The notes under the pieces were generated by a model. That model had not been told where the DNA came from. It worked only from the letters and a program-made list of their open reading frames with translations, and did no database searches. Positions 37,598-45,559 of a DNA stretch of 64,000 nucleotides are shown one piece after another. The translations under genes and the position numbers were made by a program. The stretch is from an uncultured bacterium (GTDB taxonomy: Bacteria; Abyssobacteria; SURF-5; CBDUXP01): the NCBI GenBank assembly GCA_965371225.1, contig CBDUXP010000007.1:28392-92391 (forward strand). Reading direction: 5' to 3'. Every line of letters begins with the position of its first letter. Position 1 is the stretch's first letter.

Positions 37598-38572
37598 TTA
37601 CACGCCAACCGGCACCGGCTCCGCCACGGGGCACAGATGAGGCGACAAGGCGCGGAAAAAGGCCAGATCGTGGCGGTGCGAGGATTTCACCACCGTGAAG
37701 TGGCACCCCTCCAGCGGCCCGGCCAAGGCGACGGTGCCGAGGAAATCGATGATCTTGTGCCGCACGAATTCGTCCGCCACCCCCCCGTACCGCACCGGTC
37801 CGCGAACCCGGCCCCGCTCCATAATCAACATGCTCTGTTCGGAGATGCCGGTCCCCAGTCCGTACCGCGGGTAGAAGAGGCGCGCCCCGAAGCGCACGAG
37901 GGCCGATGGCAGCCACGCGTACTGGTTCATCAATGTGCGCGCCCGGCTGACCTGGTCCCGAAACGCGACGGGCTCCACGTCCAACGTCACCGTGGCGTCA
38001 GGGATGCCCAGATGTGGGTAGCCGCCCGTATACGTCACGCGCAGGCCGGGTCCCGGTTCCACGCGGACGGAGTCTCCCCGCTGGGCATCCGTCAGCTCGA
38101 AGGGCGCACTCACGGTGCGCGGACGCCGCGGCGCAGGCTGTGTCACCACCCCCGCCGCCTCGATGGCGGCGATGAAGCCTTCCGTGCTGTCGGCAAGCAA
38201 GGGCAGCGCCTGGCGGTGGAAGAGCTTGGGCCAGAGCCCCGGCTTCTCGAGGACGACGGTCGCGTTATCGATGCCCCACGCGACGAAAACCGCGTTCAGG
38301 TGTTCCACGTTCGTGATGACGGTGTCGCCGTCCTGGAGACAGATGCACCGATCCCGATTCGTCGCCGTCTCCAGCGTCGCGGGCACGGGCACGGATTCCA
38401 AGACGACGGTGTCGCGATCGGCTCGCCCCAGGGCATACCGCAAGCCCGACTCCGGTCGGGCGGGTAACACGCGGACGCGGGTGCGGGCCCCGCTCTGCAG
38501 CTCCTGCCCGGCGACCCACGCCGTCGGCGCGGCCAGCGTCCGTTGCCGTGTGCGGCTAATAACCGGCCGCAC
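37598..38572 (-). CDS. lpxC: UDP-3-O-acyl-N-acetylglucosamine deacetylase LpxC
   Basis: LpxC motifs EFVRHKIIDFLG and HRHD, and overall family similarity. Confidence 0.85.
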   Translation of the reverse strand: MRPVISRTRQRTLAAPTAWVAGQELQSGARTRVRVLPARPESGLRYALGRADRDTVVLESVPVPATLETATNRDRCICLQDGDTVITNVEHLNAVFVAWGIDNATVVLEKPGLWPKLFHRQALPLLADSTEGFIAAIEAAGVVTQPAPRRPRTVSAPFELTDAQRGDSVRVEPGPGLRVTYTGGYPHLGIPDATVTLDVEPVAFRDQVSRARTLMNQYAWLPSALVRFGARLFYPRYGLGTGISEQSMLIMERGRVRGPVRYGGVADEFVRHKIIDFLGTVALAGPLEGCHFTVVKSSHRHDLAFFRALSPHLCPVAEPVPVGV

Positions 38573-40373
38573 CCCCTTCGCGGCGGGGATCGCTTCCCCC
38601 CATGATCAAGCCCGTGTCCGCCTCGACCCAGATGGCCTGCACATCGCCGAAGGACCGCCGCCGGACGGGCGACCCCCCCTCGACGGCATGGCCCCGCCCC
38701 TCCAGTTCCGACTGGACCTCGGGCGCCAGGGCAAAGCGCTCCGCCCCCAGGACGGGCGGGAGCCACTGGTGGTGGACCCGCGGCGCGTCAACCGCTTCCT
38801 GCACGGTCATGCCGAAGTCCACCATGTTGATGATGGTTTGTAGGACGGCGGTGATAATCCTGCTGCCACCGGGACTCCCGAGAACCAAGGCGACCCGGCC
38901 GTCCTTCGACAGGAGGGTCGGCGTCATGCTGCTCAGGGGAATCTTGCCCGGCGCCACGGCATTCGCTTCTCCCCCGACGAGCCCGTACAGATTGGGCACG
39001 CCGGGCTTCGCGCTGAAATCATCCATCTCGTTGTTCAGGAAGATGCCCGTCCGCCCCGCCACCACGCCCGCGCCAAAGTTCGCATTCAGCGTCTGCGTCA
39101 GCGCGACCGCGTTCCCCCAGCGATCCACCACGGAGAGGTGCGTCGTCTGCCCGGACTCGTAGCGCAGAGGGGTCCCCGGAGCGATGTCCTCGCTGGGCCG
39201 GGCCCAGTCCGGCGCGATGGCCATGCGCAGTTCCTCGGCGTACTCCTTGGACGTGAGACCGCGCACCGGCACCCTGACGAATGCGGGATCGCCGAGGAAC
39301 TTGGACCGGTCCGCATACGCCAGCTTCATGGTTTCCGCCAGGCGGTGCGTGTAGTCCACCGAGCCATAGCCCCAGGCGGCCAGGTCGTACCCCTCGAGCA
39401 CGTTCAACATCTGGAGCAGGTGCACGCCGCCGGAGCTGGGGGGCGGCATAGACCACACGTCGTAACCCCGGTAGGTGCCGTGCACGGGCATCCGAATCAT
39501 CGGCCGGTAGTTGGCGAGGTCCGCACGCGTGATGAGTCCGCCATGCGCCGCCATATCCTCCGCGATGGCCGCCGCAATCCGCCCGTGGTAGAAATCCTGC
39601 CACCCGGCCCGCGCGAGCCGCTTGAGCGTTCGGGCCAGCTGGCGTTGGCGGAGCAGGGTGCCTTCCGGCAGCGGGTCACCTTCATCGGTGAGGAGGATGG
39701 CCGCCGCCTCGGCATCGGTCGCCAACACGGCGCGCCGGCTGCGAATGGCCCGATGCAAGTGGGCGCTGACAGGAACGCCCCGGTCCGCAAGCCGAATGGC
39801 AGGGCGCAGGACAGTGCCGAGCCGCCTGGTGCCGTAGTCCTGGAGCGCGAGCGCCAAGCCGGCCACGCCCCCCGGCACTCCCGCGGCCAAGTACCCGTCG
39901 ACGCTCCGCCGCGGTACCACCTGGCCCGACTCGTCCAAGTACATATCGCGGGAGGCCGCCGCCGGCGCTTTCTCGCGAAAATCGATCACGACCACGTTCT
40001 GCTGCGCCGCGCGATAGATCAGCATGAACCCGCCGCCGCCGATGACTCCCGCGTACGGGGTGACCACGTTCAACGCGAACGAGGTGGCCACAGCCGCGTC
40101 CACCGCGGTCCCGCCATCACGCAAGACCTGCACGCCGACTTCCGAGGCGAGGGGATGCCCACTGACGACCACGCCGTTACGCGCGGCAAGGGGGCGCCGC
40201 GACGCGGCGGCCACCGGCGTACTCGGCGAAGCGAGCAGCCCCGCGGCGATGGAGAGGATGACGAGGCGAGGCACGTAGTGGTTCATAGGTTTCGTCGCTT
40301 CCGCGGTGCAGCGTGGGACGCCCGGATGGGTCAAGCGGTGCGGCGCATTATAGCGATGACGGCCCCTGCGCAC
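38556..40373 (-). CDS. ggt: Gamma-glutamyltransferase
   Basis: GGT signature around the autoprocessing Thr (GQTTHLSVVDRWGNAVALTQTLN) and a signal peptide. Confidence 0.9.
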   Translation of the reverse strand: MRRGRHRYNAPHRLTHPGVPRCTAEATKPMNHYVPRLVILSIAAGLLASPSTPVAAASRRPLAARNGVVVSGHPLASEVGVQVLRDGGTAVDAAVATSFALNVVTPYAGVIGGGGFMLIYRAAQQNVVVIDFREKAPAAASRDMYLDESGQVVPRRSVDGYLAAGVPGGVAGLALALQDYGTRRLGTVLRPAIRLADRGVPVSAHLHRAIRSRRAVLATDAEAAAILLTDEGDPLPEGTLLRQRQLARTLKRLARAGWQDFYHGRIAAAIAEDMAAHGGLITRADLANYRPMIRMPVHGTYRGYDVWSMPPPSSGGVHLLQMLNVLEGYDLAAWGYGSVDYTHRLAETMKLAYADRSKFLGDPAFVRVPVRGLTSKEYAEELRMAIAPDWARPSEDIAPGTPLRYESGQTTHLSVVDRWGNAVALTQTLNANFGAGVVAGRTGIFLNNEMDDFSAKPGVPNLYGLVGGEANAVAPGKIPLSSMTPTLLSKDGRVALVLGSPGGSRIITAVLQTIINMVDFGMTVQEAVDAPRVHHQWLPPVLGAERFALAPEVQSELEGRGHAVEGGSPVRRRSFGDVQAIWVEADTGLIMGGSDPRREGGAAGY

Positions 40374-40499
40374 CCCGGTTGCGCGAGGCGGGGGCGTTTG
40401 TTAACATGCCACCGTTAGAGTCTATTGCCGGTCACCGACCATGGAGTTGGGCGCGGGGGACGCGCCCGGGGGTCCGGGGCGCGTCGGGAAAGGCAGCAG

Positions 40500-40943
40500 A
40501 TGGCGAAGATCCTGATCGCTGACGATGAGGGCGATCTCCTCGAAGTCATGCGGGCAACGCTGGAGGCCACCGGGCATAAGGTGGGGACCGCGCGCGACGG
40601 CGTCATCGCGCGCAAGATGCTCGCGAAATTCCCGTTCGACTGTGCCATTCTGGATGTGGTGATGCCCCGGCTCAATGGGGTAGCACTGCTGAAGATGATC
40701 CGGAAGAGCCGCTCCCGCCAGAATCTGCCGGTCTGCCTGATGACCGCGAATCCACAAGAGCGCGATGCCCTGCTGAAAAGTGAAGGCTTGGCCGCCGATG
40801 TCCTCCTCATCAAGCCCTTCAATACCATGGATCTCATCGAGGCCGTGACGGCGATGACCGAGGCGGGCACAAGTCAGCCCGATGAGCAGGGCCGGCGCCT
40901 GAAAACCACCCTCCCCGGCCGGCACCGGACCACGAGCATCTGA
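40500..40943 (+). CDS. Single-domain response regulator (CheY-like receiver)
   Basis: Starts MAKILIADDEGDLLEV. The phospho-acceptor is in CAILDVVMPRLNG and a conserved Lys sits in LLIKPF. There is no output domain. This is the first gene of a co-directional cluster. Confidence 0.75.
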   Translation: MAKILIADDEGDLLEVMRATLEATGHKVGTARDGVIARKMLAKFPFDCAILDVVMPRLNGVALLKMIRKSRSRQNLPVCLMTANPQERDALLKSEGLAADVLLIKPFNTMDLIEAVTAMTEAGTSQPDEQGRRLKTTLPGRHRTTSI

Positions 40944-41037
40944 GCCCGGGCCGCCGGCGACCCTGGTGCCCCACCGCCGAGGGTGCGGTAGAATTAGAAT
41001 AGAATACGGCTGCTCCGGCAGCGTTTCGCTGACCCCT

Positions 41038-41514
41038 ATGGCACAGACTTGGGCTGAACACGAATCCTGCGCCCGGTGCGGCGCCTCCCTGGGCGGGGAG
41101 TTCCGCACAAATCACCTGGGGGTCCGGTTCTGCCAAACCTGCTATGAGGATAGCGTGGTCCCCCGCGCAGCGGAGCGGAGCCCGGACCCCGTCCTGGAAC
41201 AGGTGTGCAATCGCTGCCGGGGCTCCCTGATCAATGGCTACCACGCAAATTACATGGGCGTCCTCTTCTGCACCGCGTGTTTCGAGCGGACGCACACGCC
41301 GGAAGGCCGGCCACGCGCGGACTGGGCAGAACGCGAGGCGCTGAGCGTGGCCCAACAGCCCCGCGACCGGGATGAGGACGGGGACGCGCCTGCCGGCGAG
41401 GATGAAGAGGGCATCTATCTTCACGACGTCTTTTTCGTCACGACGATTCTCGCCCTGGTGATGTACGCGGTGTCGCGCTTCGGCGGCGCGCTGCTAGCCC
41501 TCGGCGGCTACTAG
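41038..41514 (+). CDS. Tandem zinc-ribbon protein with an acidic linker and a C-terminal TM anchor
   Basis: Two C-x2-C-x17-C-x2-C modules (CARCGASLGGEFRTNHLGVRFCQTCY and CNRCRGSLINGYHANYMGVLFCTACF), a Glu/Asp-rich stretch, and a C-terminal hydrophobic helix. There is a 4-nt gap to the archease gene. Confidence 0.45.
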   Translation: MAQTWAEHESCARCGASLGGEFRTNHLGVRFCQTCYEDSVVPRAAERSPDPVLEQVCNRCRGSLINGYHANYMGVLFCTACFERTHTPEGRPRADWAEREALSVAQQPRDRDEDGDAPAGEDEEGIYLHDVFFVTTILALVMYAVSRFGGALLALGGY

Positions 41515-41518
41515 CCGC

Positions 41519-41947
41519 GTGCCCGCCGCAACGTTCGAGCGGATCGACCACACGGCCGACGTCGGCTTGCGTCTCCTGGCCCCCACCGAAGCCGACCTGT
41601 TCGTCACGGCGGTCGCGGGCCTGCACGCACTCTGGGGGCTTCCCGCGCCCGAGCCGCCGGCGGGCGCGCCGACGGAGCCACTGGAAGTGCATGGGGCGGA
41701 CATCGAAAGCCTCCTGGTCGCCTGGCTGAACGAATTGATCTTTCAAGCGACGGCGGCGGGGCGAGTGGCCGCGAGCGTGCAGGAGCCCTGCCTGGCGGAC
41801 GGCCGGTTCCGGGCGGAGGTGGCCTGGCAGCCCGTACAGTGGGACACCTCGGTGGACGGGGCGGACATCAAGGCGGCCACCTACCACACCGTACACGTGA
41901 CCGAAACGGCGGAAGGCTTCACCACGACGATCATCTTCGACGTGTGA
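41519..41947 (+). CDS. Archease (RtcB activator)
   Basis: N-terminal FERIDHTADVG motif and an archease-length protein immediately upstream of rtcB. Confidence 0.8.
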   Translation: MPAATFERIDHTADVGLRLLAPTEADLFVTAVAGLHALWGLPAPEPPAGAPTEPLEVHGADIESLLVAWLNELIFQATAAGRVAASVQEPCLADGRFRAEVAWQPVQWDTSVDGADIKAATYHTVHVTETAEGFTTTIIFDV

Positions 41948-41963
41948 GCCGGCCAGGCGGGCA

Positions 41964-43496
41964 ATGCTGATGGGCTGGTTGAAGCGGAAAAAGCCAAAGA
42001 AGCGGCGCGACGCGATCGTGGCGCGCACCCTCGACGTCGACGGCGACGCGTCGGCCCTGACGTACAACCGCGTCTCGGACGTGCTCTGGGAGATCCCCCG
42101 CACCGGGAACATGCGCGTGCCCGCGCGGATCTACGCGACCCGGGCTGGCCTGGAACGCATCAAACAGGACAAAGCCCCGCTCCAGGCCGTGAATGTGGCG
42201 CACCTGCCCGGCATCGTGAAGTATTCCCTCGCCATGCCGGACATCCATTGGGGCTACGGGTTTCCCATCGGTGGCGTGGCCGCAACCGACCCGGCCGAGG
42301 GGGGCGTTATCTCGCCCGGCGGCGTCGGCTATGACATCAATTGCGGGTGCCGCCTGGTGACCACCGGCCTAACGCGGGAGGAGGTGCAGCCCAAGATGGC
42401 GGCGCTCGTGAATCGCTTGTTCGAACAGATTCCCACGGGGGTCGGCGCAAACCACGCCATCGATAAGCTCTCGGTCGCGCAGCTGCGCAAGCTCATCGTC
42501 GATGGGGCGGAGTACGCGACCGCCCAGGGGTATGGCGACGCCGCCGAGCTGGACCACATCGAAGGAGGCGGTAAGTTCGAGGGTGCCGATCCGAAAGCGC
42601 CCTCGACCAAAGCGTTTCAGCGGGGGATCAATTCCGTCGGCACCCTCGGCTCCGGGAATCATTTCCTCGAAGTGGGGTACGTGGACGAACTGTACGATAC
42701 CGCCACCGCCGCGGCATTCGGCCTTGTCGAAGGCATGGTGACGGTCCTCATCCACACCGGCTCGCGCGGCTTCGGCCATCAGGTGTGCGTCGATCATTTG
42801 GAGCAGATGTCGCATGCCGGCCGCAAATACGATCTGCACCTGCCCGACCGGCAGTTGGCAGCCGCCCCTATCGAATCACCAGAGGGGGAACAGTACCTGA
42901 CCGCTATGGGGTGCGCGGCGAATTACGCGTGGGTGAACCGGCAAGTCATCCAGCAGTTGGCCCGCGACGCGTTCATGCACGTGTTCGATATATCGCCGAC
43001 AGACTTGGCGTGGCGGCTGTTGTACGATGTCTGCCATAACATCGCCAAGATGGAGACCCATACCGTGGACGGTGAGGCGCGTCGGCTGTGCGTCCATCGC
43101 AAGGGGGCGACTCGCGCGTTCCCTTCGGGGCATCCGGACCTCCCGCCGGCGTTCCGGACGACCGGCCAACCCGTACTCATCCCAGGGGACATGGGGCGAG
43201 GCTCCTTCGTGTGCGTCGGTCTCCCGGGAGCCATGGAGGAAACGTTCGGCAGCACGTGCCACGGCGCGGGGCGCGCTATGAGCCGCCGCCAGGCATTGAA
43301 GCGCGCAAAAGGGCGCTCGATCGTGGACGAACTTCGACAGCAGGGCATTATCGTGAAAGCGAAAAGTCACGCCACCATCGGGGAAGAAATGCCCGAGGCA
43401 TACAAGGACGCCACCGACGTGGTGAGGGTTGTGGACCGTGCCGGCATCAGTCGGACCGTGGCCAAGCTCCGCCCGCTGGGCGTCATTAAGGGATAA
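41964..43496 (+). CDS. rtcB: RNA-splicing ligase RtcB (3'-phosphate/5'-hydroxyl RNA ligase)
   Basis: Full-length RtcB with metal/GTP-binding histidines (DIHWGYGFPIGG, GYDINCGCRL, GSGNHFLEV, HTGSRGFGHQV, the nucleophile His in STCHGAGR). Confidence 0.9.
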   Translation: MLMGWLKRKKPKKRRDAIVARTLDVDGDASALTYNRVSDVLWEIPRTGNMRVPARIYATRAGLERIKQDKAPLQAVNVAHLPGIVKYSLAMPDIHWGYGFPIGGVAATDPAEGGVISPGGVGYDINCGCRLVTTGLTREEVQPKMAALVNRLFEQIPTGVGANHAIDKLSVAQLRKLIVDGAEYATAQGYGDAAELDHIEGGGKFEGADPKAPSTKAFQRGINSVGTLGSGNHFLEVGYVDELYDTATAAAFGLVEGMVTVLIHTGSRGFGHQVCVDHLEQMSHAGRKYDLHLPDRQLAAAPIESPEGEQYLTAMGCAANYAWVNRQVIQQLARDAFMHVFDISPTDLAWRLLYDVCHNIAKMETHTVDGEARRLCVHRKGATRAFPSGHPDLPPAFRTTGQPVLIPGDMGRGSFVCVGLPGAMEETFGSTCHGAGRAMSRRQALKRAKGRSIVDELRQQGIIVKAKSHATIGEEMPEAYKDATDVVRVVDRAGISRTVAKLRPLGVIKG

Positions 43497-43498
43497 GC

Positions 43499-44983
43499 AT
43501 GCCCACACCGTCTCCCTCCCCCACGCGGGTCATGGTCATTGCCGACACGCAGGACGGACTGAACGCCGCCGCGCAGGCGCTTCGCGACTGGGCCACAGAA
43601 GCCGGCCAGAACCTGGAGCTGCTCGCGGTCCACGGGCTGGGGGGCGCGCAGGCGCACCTGCATCAGTACATCAACCTCGTCGTCCTCAACTACGTGGGCC
43701 TCCCCGCCGCCCGCGCCATCCCCACCCTGGCCGGACTGCGGGACGCCTACTGCGGGCCCGCGATCGTGGTCAGCGACGACGCCACGGTGGATTCCTGCAC
43801 GTGGGGCCGGCGATACAGCGCGGATTACCATGCGGATGCGCTGGCCGCGCTGGGCGGATACGTGGCCAAAGTGCTCGAGCGGGACCGGCCGCAGGGAAAG
43901 ACGGCGCTCGTGTTCGCCGGTGGCGGCATCCTCGGCGGGTTCAACGAGGCGGGCAGCTTGAAAGCCCTCTACGACTTCGGCATTCGCGAGGCCGACATGT
44001 ACATCGGCCTCAGTGCCGGCTCGTGGGTGGCGGCCATGGCGGCGAACGATGTCACGCCCGAACTGATGATCGAACACCCCCATCTGCACCCGCGCGACTT
44101 CTACCAGTTGAACGGCCGGGACATACTGCGCCAGCTCACCATGTTGGGGCCCAACGTGGTCCGGAGCCTCGCCCAGCGCGTCCTGCATCCGGACAGCGAT
44201 TGGCTCTTCCAACTCTCCAGTATCTTCACCACCTCGCCTCTGACCGGGGACCGGCTGCGGCAGCGGTTCTGCGAGGTGCTCGGCCAGGAGGGGGGCACCA
44301 ACGATTTCGGCGAACTCCGGGAACGCGGGCGGGAACTGTACATCATGGCCGTGGAACTGGATTCCGCCGAACGTCGGGTGTTCGGCGAGGGCGACGACAT
44401 CCACGTCCCCATCTCGGAGGCCGTCAGCGCCTCGTCGGCGCTCCCGATGTTCTACCGGCCGGTGCATATCGACGGCCGCGACTACGTGGACGGTGGGCTC
44501 GCGCGCTCCGCCTGCATCGACACCGCGATTGACAACGGCGCCGACCTCATCGTGTGTCTCAATCCCCTGGTGCCCTACACGGGTGGGGATCCGGGGCACA
44601 TCAAAGCGTTGGGCCTGGCGGGCATCGCCGAGCAGAGCGTGCGCGCGCTCATCCACTCCCGCCTGCACGCGACGGTGGAACGGTTCCGGCAGATTCACCC
44701 GCACGTGACGATCCTCCTCATCGAACCCGATACGAACGATCCCGCCATGTTCCACAACCCCCTGCGCGGGAGCGAGAATATGATTCAACTGGCCGCGCTG
44801 GAGGGATTCAAGTCGACCAAGGCGTTCCTGGAAGAACGGTCGGAATTCATCCAGCATATCTTCGCCAGCCACGGGCGCACGCTAGCCGTCCCGGCCGCGG
44901 ACGATGCGGGAGCCGGAGACGTGCCGTTCGACCACATGCCCGAGACCTGGGTGGACGATCCGGACGTTCAGGAACTGGCGTGA
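43499..44983 (+). CDS. Patatin-like phospholipase, paralog of the 4459..5943 gene, with an N-terminal pseudo-receiver domain
   Basis: Patatin motifs FAGGGILGG, GLSAG and YVDGGL. The N-terminal receiver-like pattern (VMVIAD...NLVVLNYVG...AIVVSDD) is co-linear with the first paralog. The start is 2 nt after the rtcB stop. Confidence 0.8.
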   Translation: MPTPSPSPTRVMVIADTQDGLNAAAQALRDWATEAGQNLELLAVHGLGGAQAHLHQYINLVVLNYVGLPAARAIPTLAGLRDAYCGPAIVVSDDATVDSCTWGRRYSADYHADALAALGGYVAKVLERDRPQGKTALVFAGGGILGGFNEAGSLKALYDFGIREADMYIGLSAGSWVAAMAANDVTPELMIEHPHLHPRDFYQLNGRDILRQLTMLGPNVVRSLAQRVLHPDSDWLFQLSSIFTTSPLTGDRLRQRFCEVLGQEGGTNDFGELRERGRELYIMAVELDSAERRVFGEGDDIHVPISEAVSASSALPMFYRPVHIDGRDYVDGGLARSACIDTAIDNGADLIVCLNPLVPYTGGDPGHIKALGLAGIAEQSVRALIHSRLHATVERFRQIHPHVTILLIEPDTNDPAMFHNPLRGSENMIQLAALEGFKSTKAFLEERSEFIQHIFASHGRTLAVPAADDAGAGDVPFDHMPETWVDDPDVQELA

Positions 44984-45507
44984 TGCCCCTGGAACGGGCG
45001 TTTTGCGGCCGGCGCCTGGAACTCCTGCAAGGGGACATCACCGAGCAAGCGACCGACGCCATCGTCAACGCGGCGAATAACCATCTCGTCCTCGGTGCGG
45101 GCGTGGCCGGGGCGATTCGGACGAAGGGCGGGCCGAGCATTCAGGAGGAGTGCACCCGTCTGGGCCCCATCCCGATAGGGGAAGCAGCCGTGACCGGGGC
45201 CGGGAACCTTGCGGCCCGCCACGTGATTCATGCGGCAAGCATGGGCGATGAACCGGTCAGCGCCAGGTCGTTGCGGGACAGCACGCACAACAGCTTGAAA
45301 CGCGCGAGGGAACTCGGGTTGACCTCTATCAGCTTTCCCGCCATCGGGACGGGGATCGGTGGCTTCTCGCTCCACGAAGCCGCGACGATCATGCTCGGCA
45401 CCGCCAAGGAGCACTTGGAAGCCGACACGACGCTGGACCTCGTCCGCTTCGTTCTGTGGAGCGAGGCCGATTACCAGGCGTTTGAGACGATCCTTAACCG
45501 GCTCTAG
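44983..45507 (+). CDS. Macro-domain protein (MacroD/YmdB-type ADP-ribose/O-acetyl-ADP-ribose hydrolase)
   Basis: Motifs VNAANNHLVLGAGVAGAI and AIGTGIGGF. The ATG overlaps the patatin stop in TGATG. Confidence 0.85.
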   Translation: MPLERAFCGRRLELLQGDITEQATDAIVNAANNHLVLGAGVAGAIRTKGGPSIQEECTRLGPIPIGEAAVTGAGNLAARHVIHAASMGDEPVSARSLRDSTHNSLKRARELGLTSISFPAIGTGIGGFSLHEAATIMLGTAKEHLEADTTLDLVRFVLWSEADYQAFETILNRL

Positions 45508-45559
45508 ACCGGTCCGGCGGCGGCGCCCGTGGCTGGCGGCGTTGGTAGTCGGAACCGCG

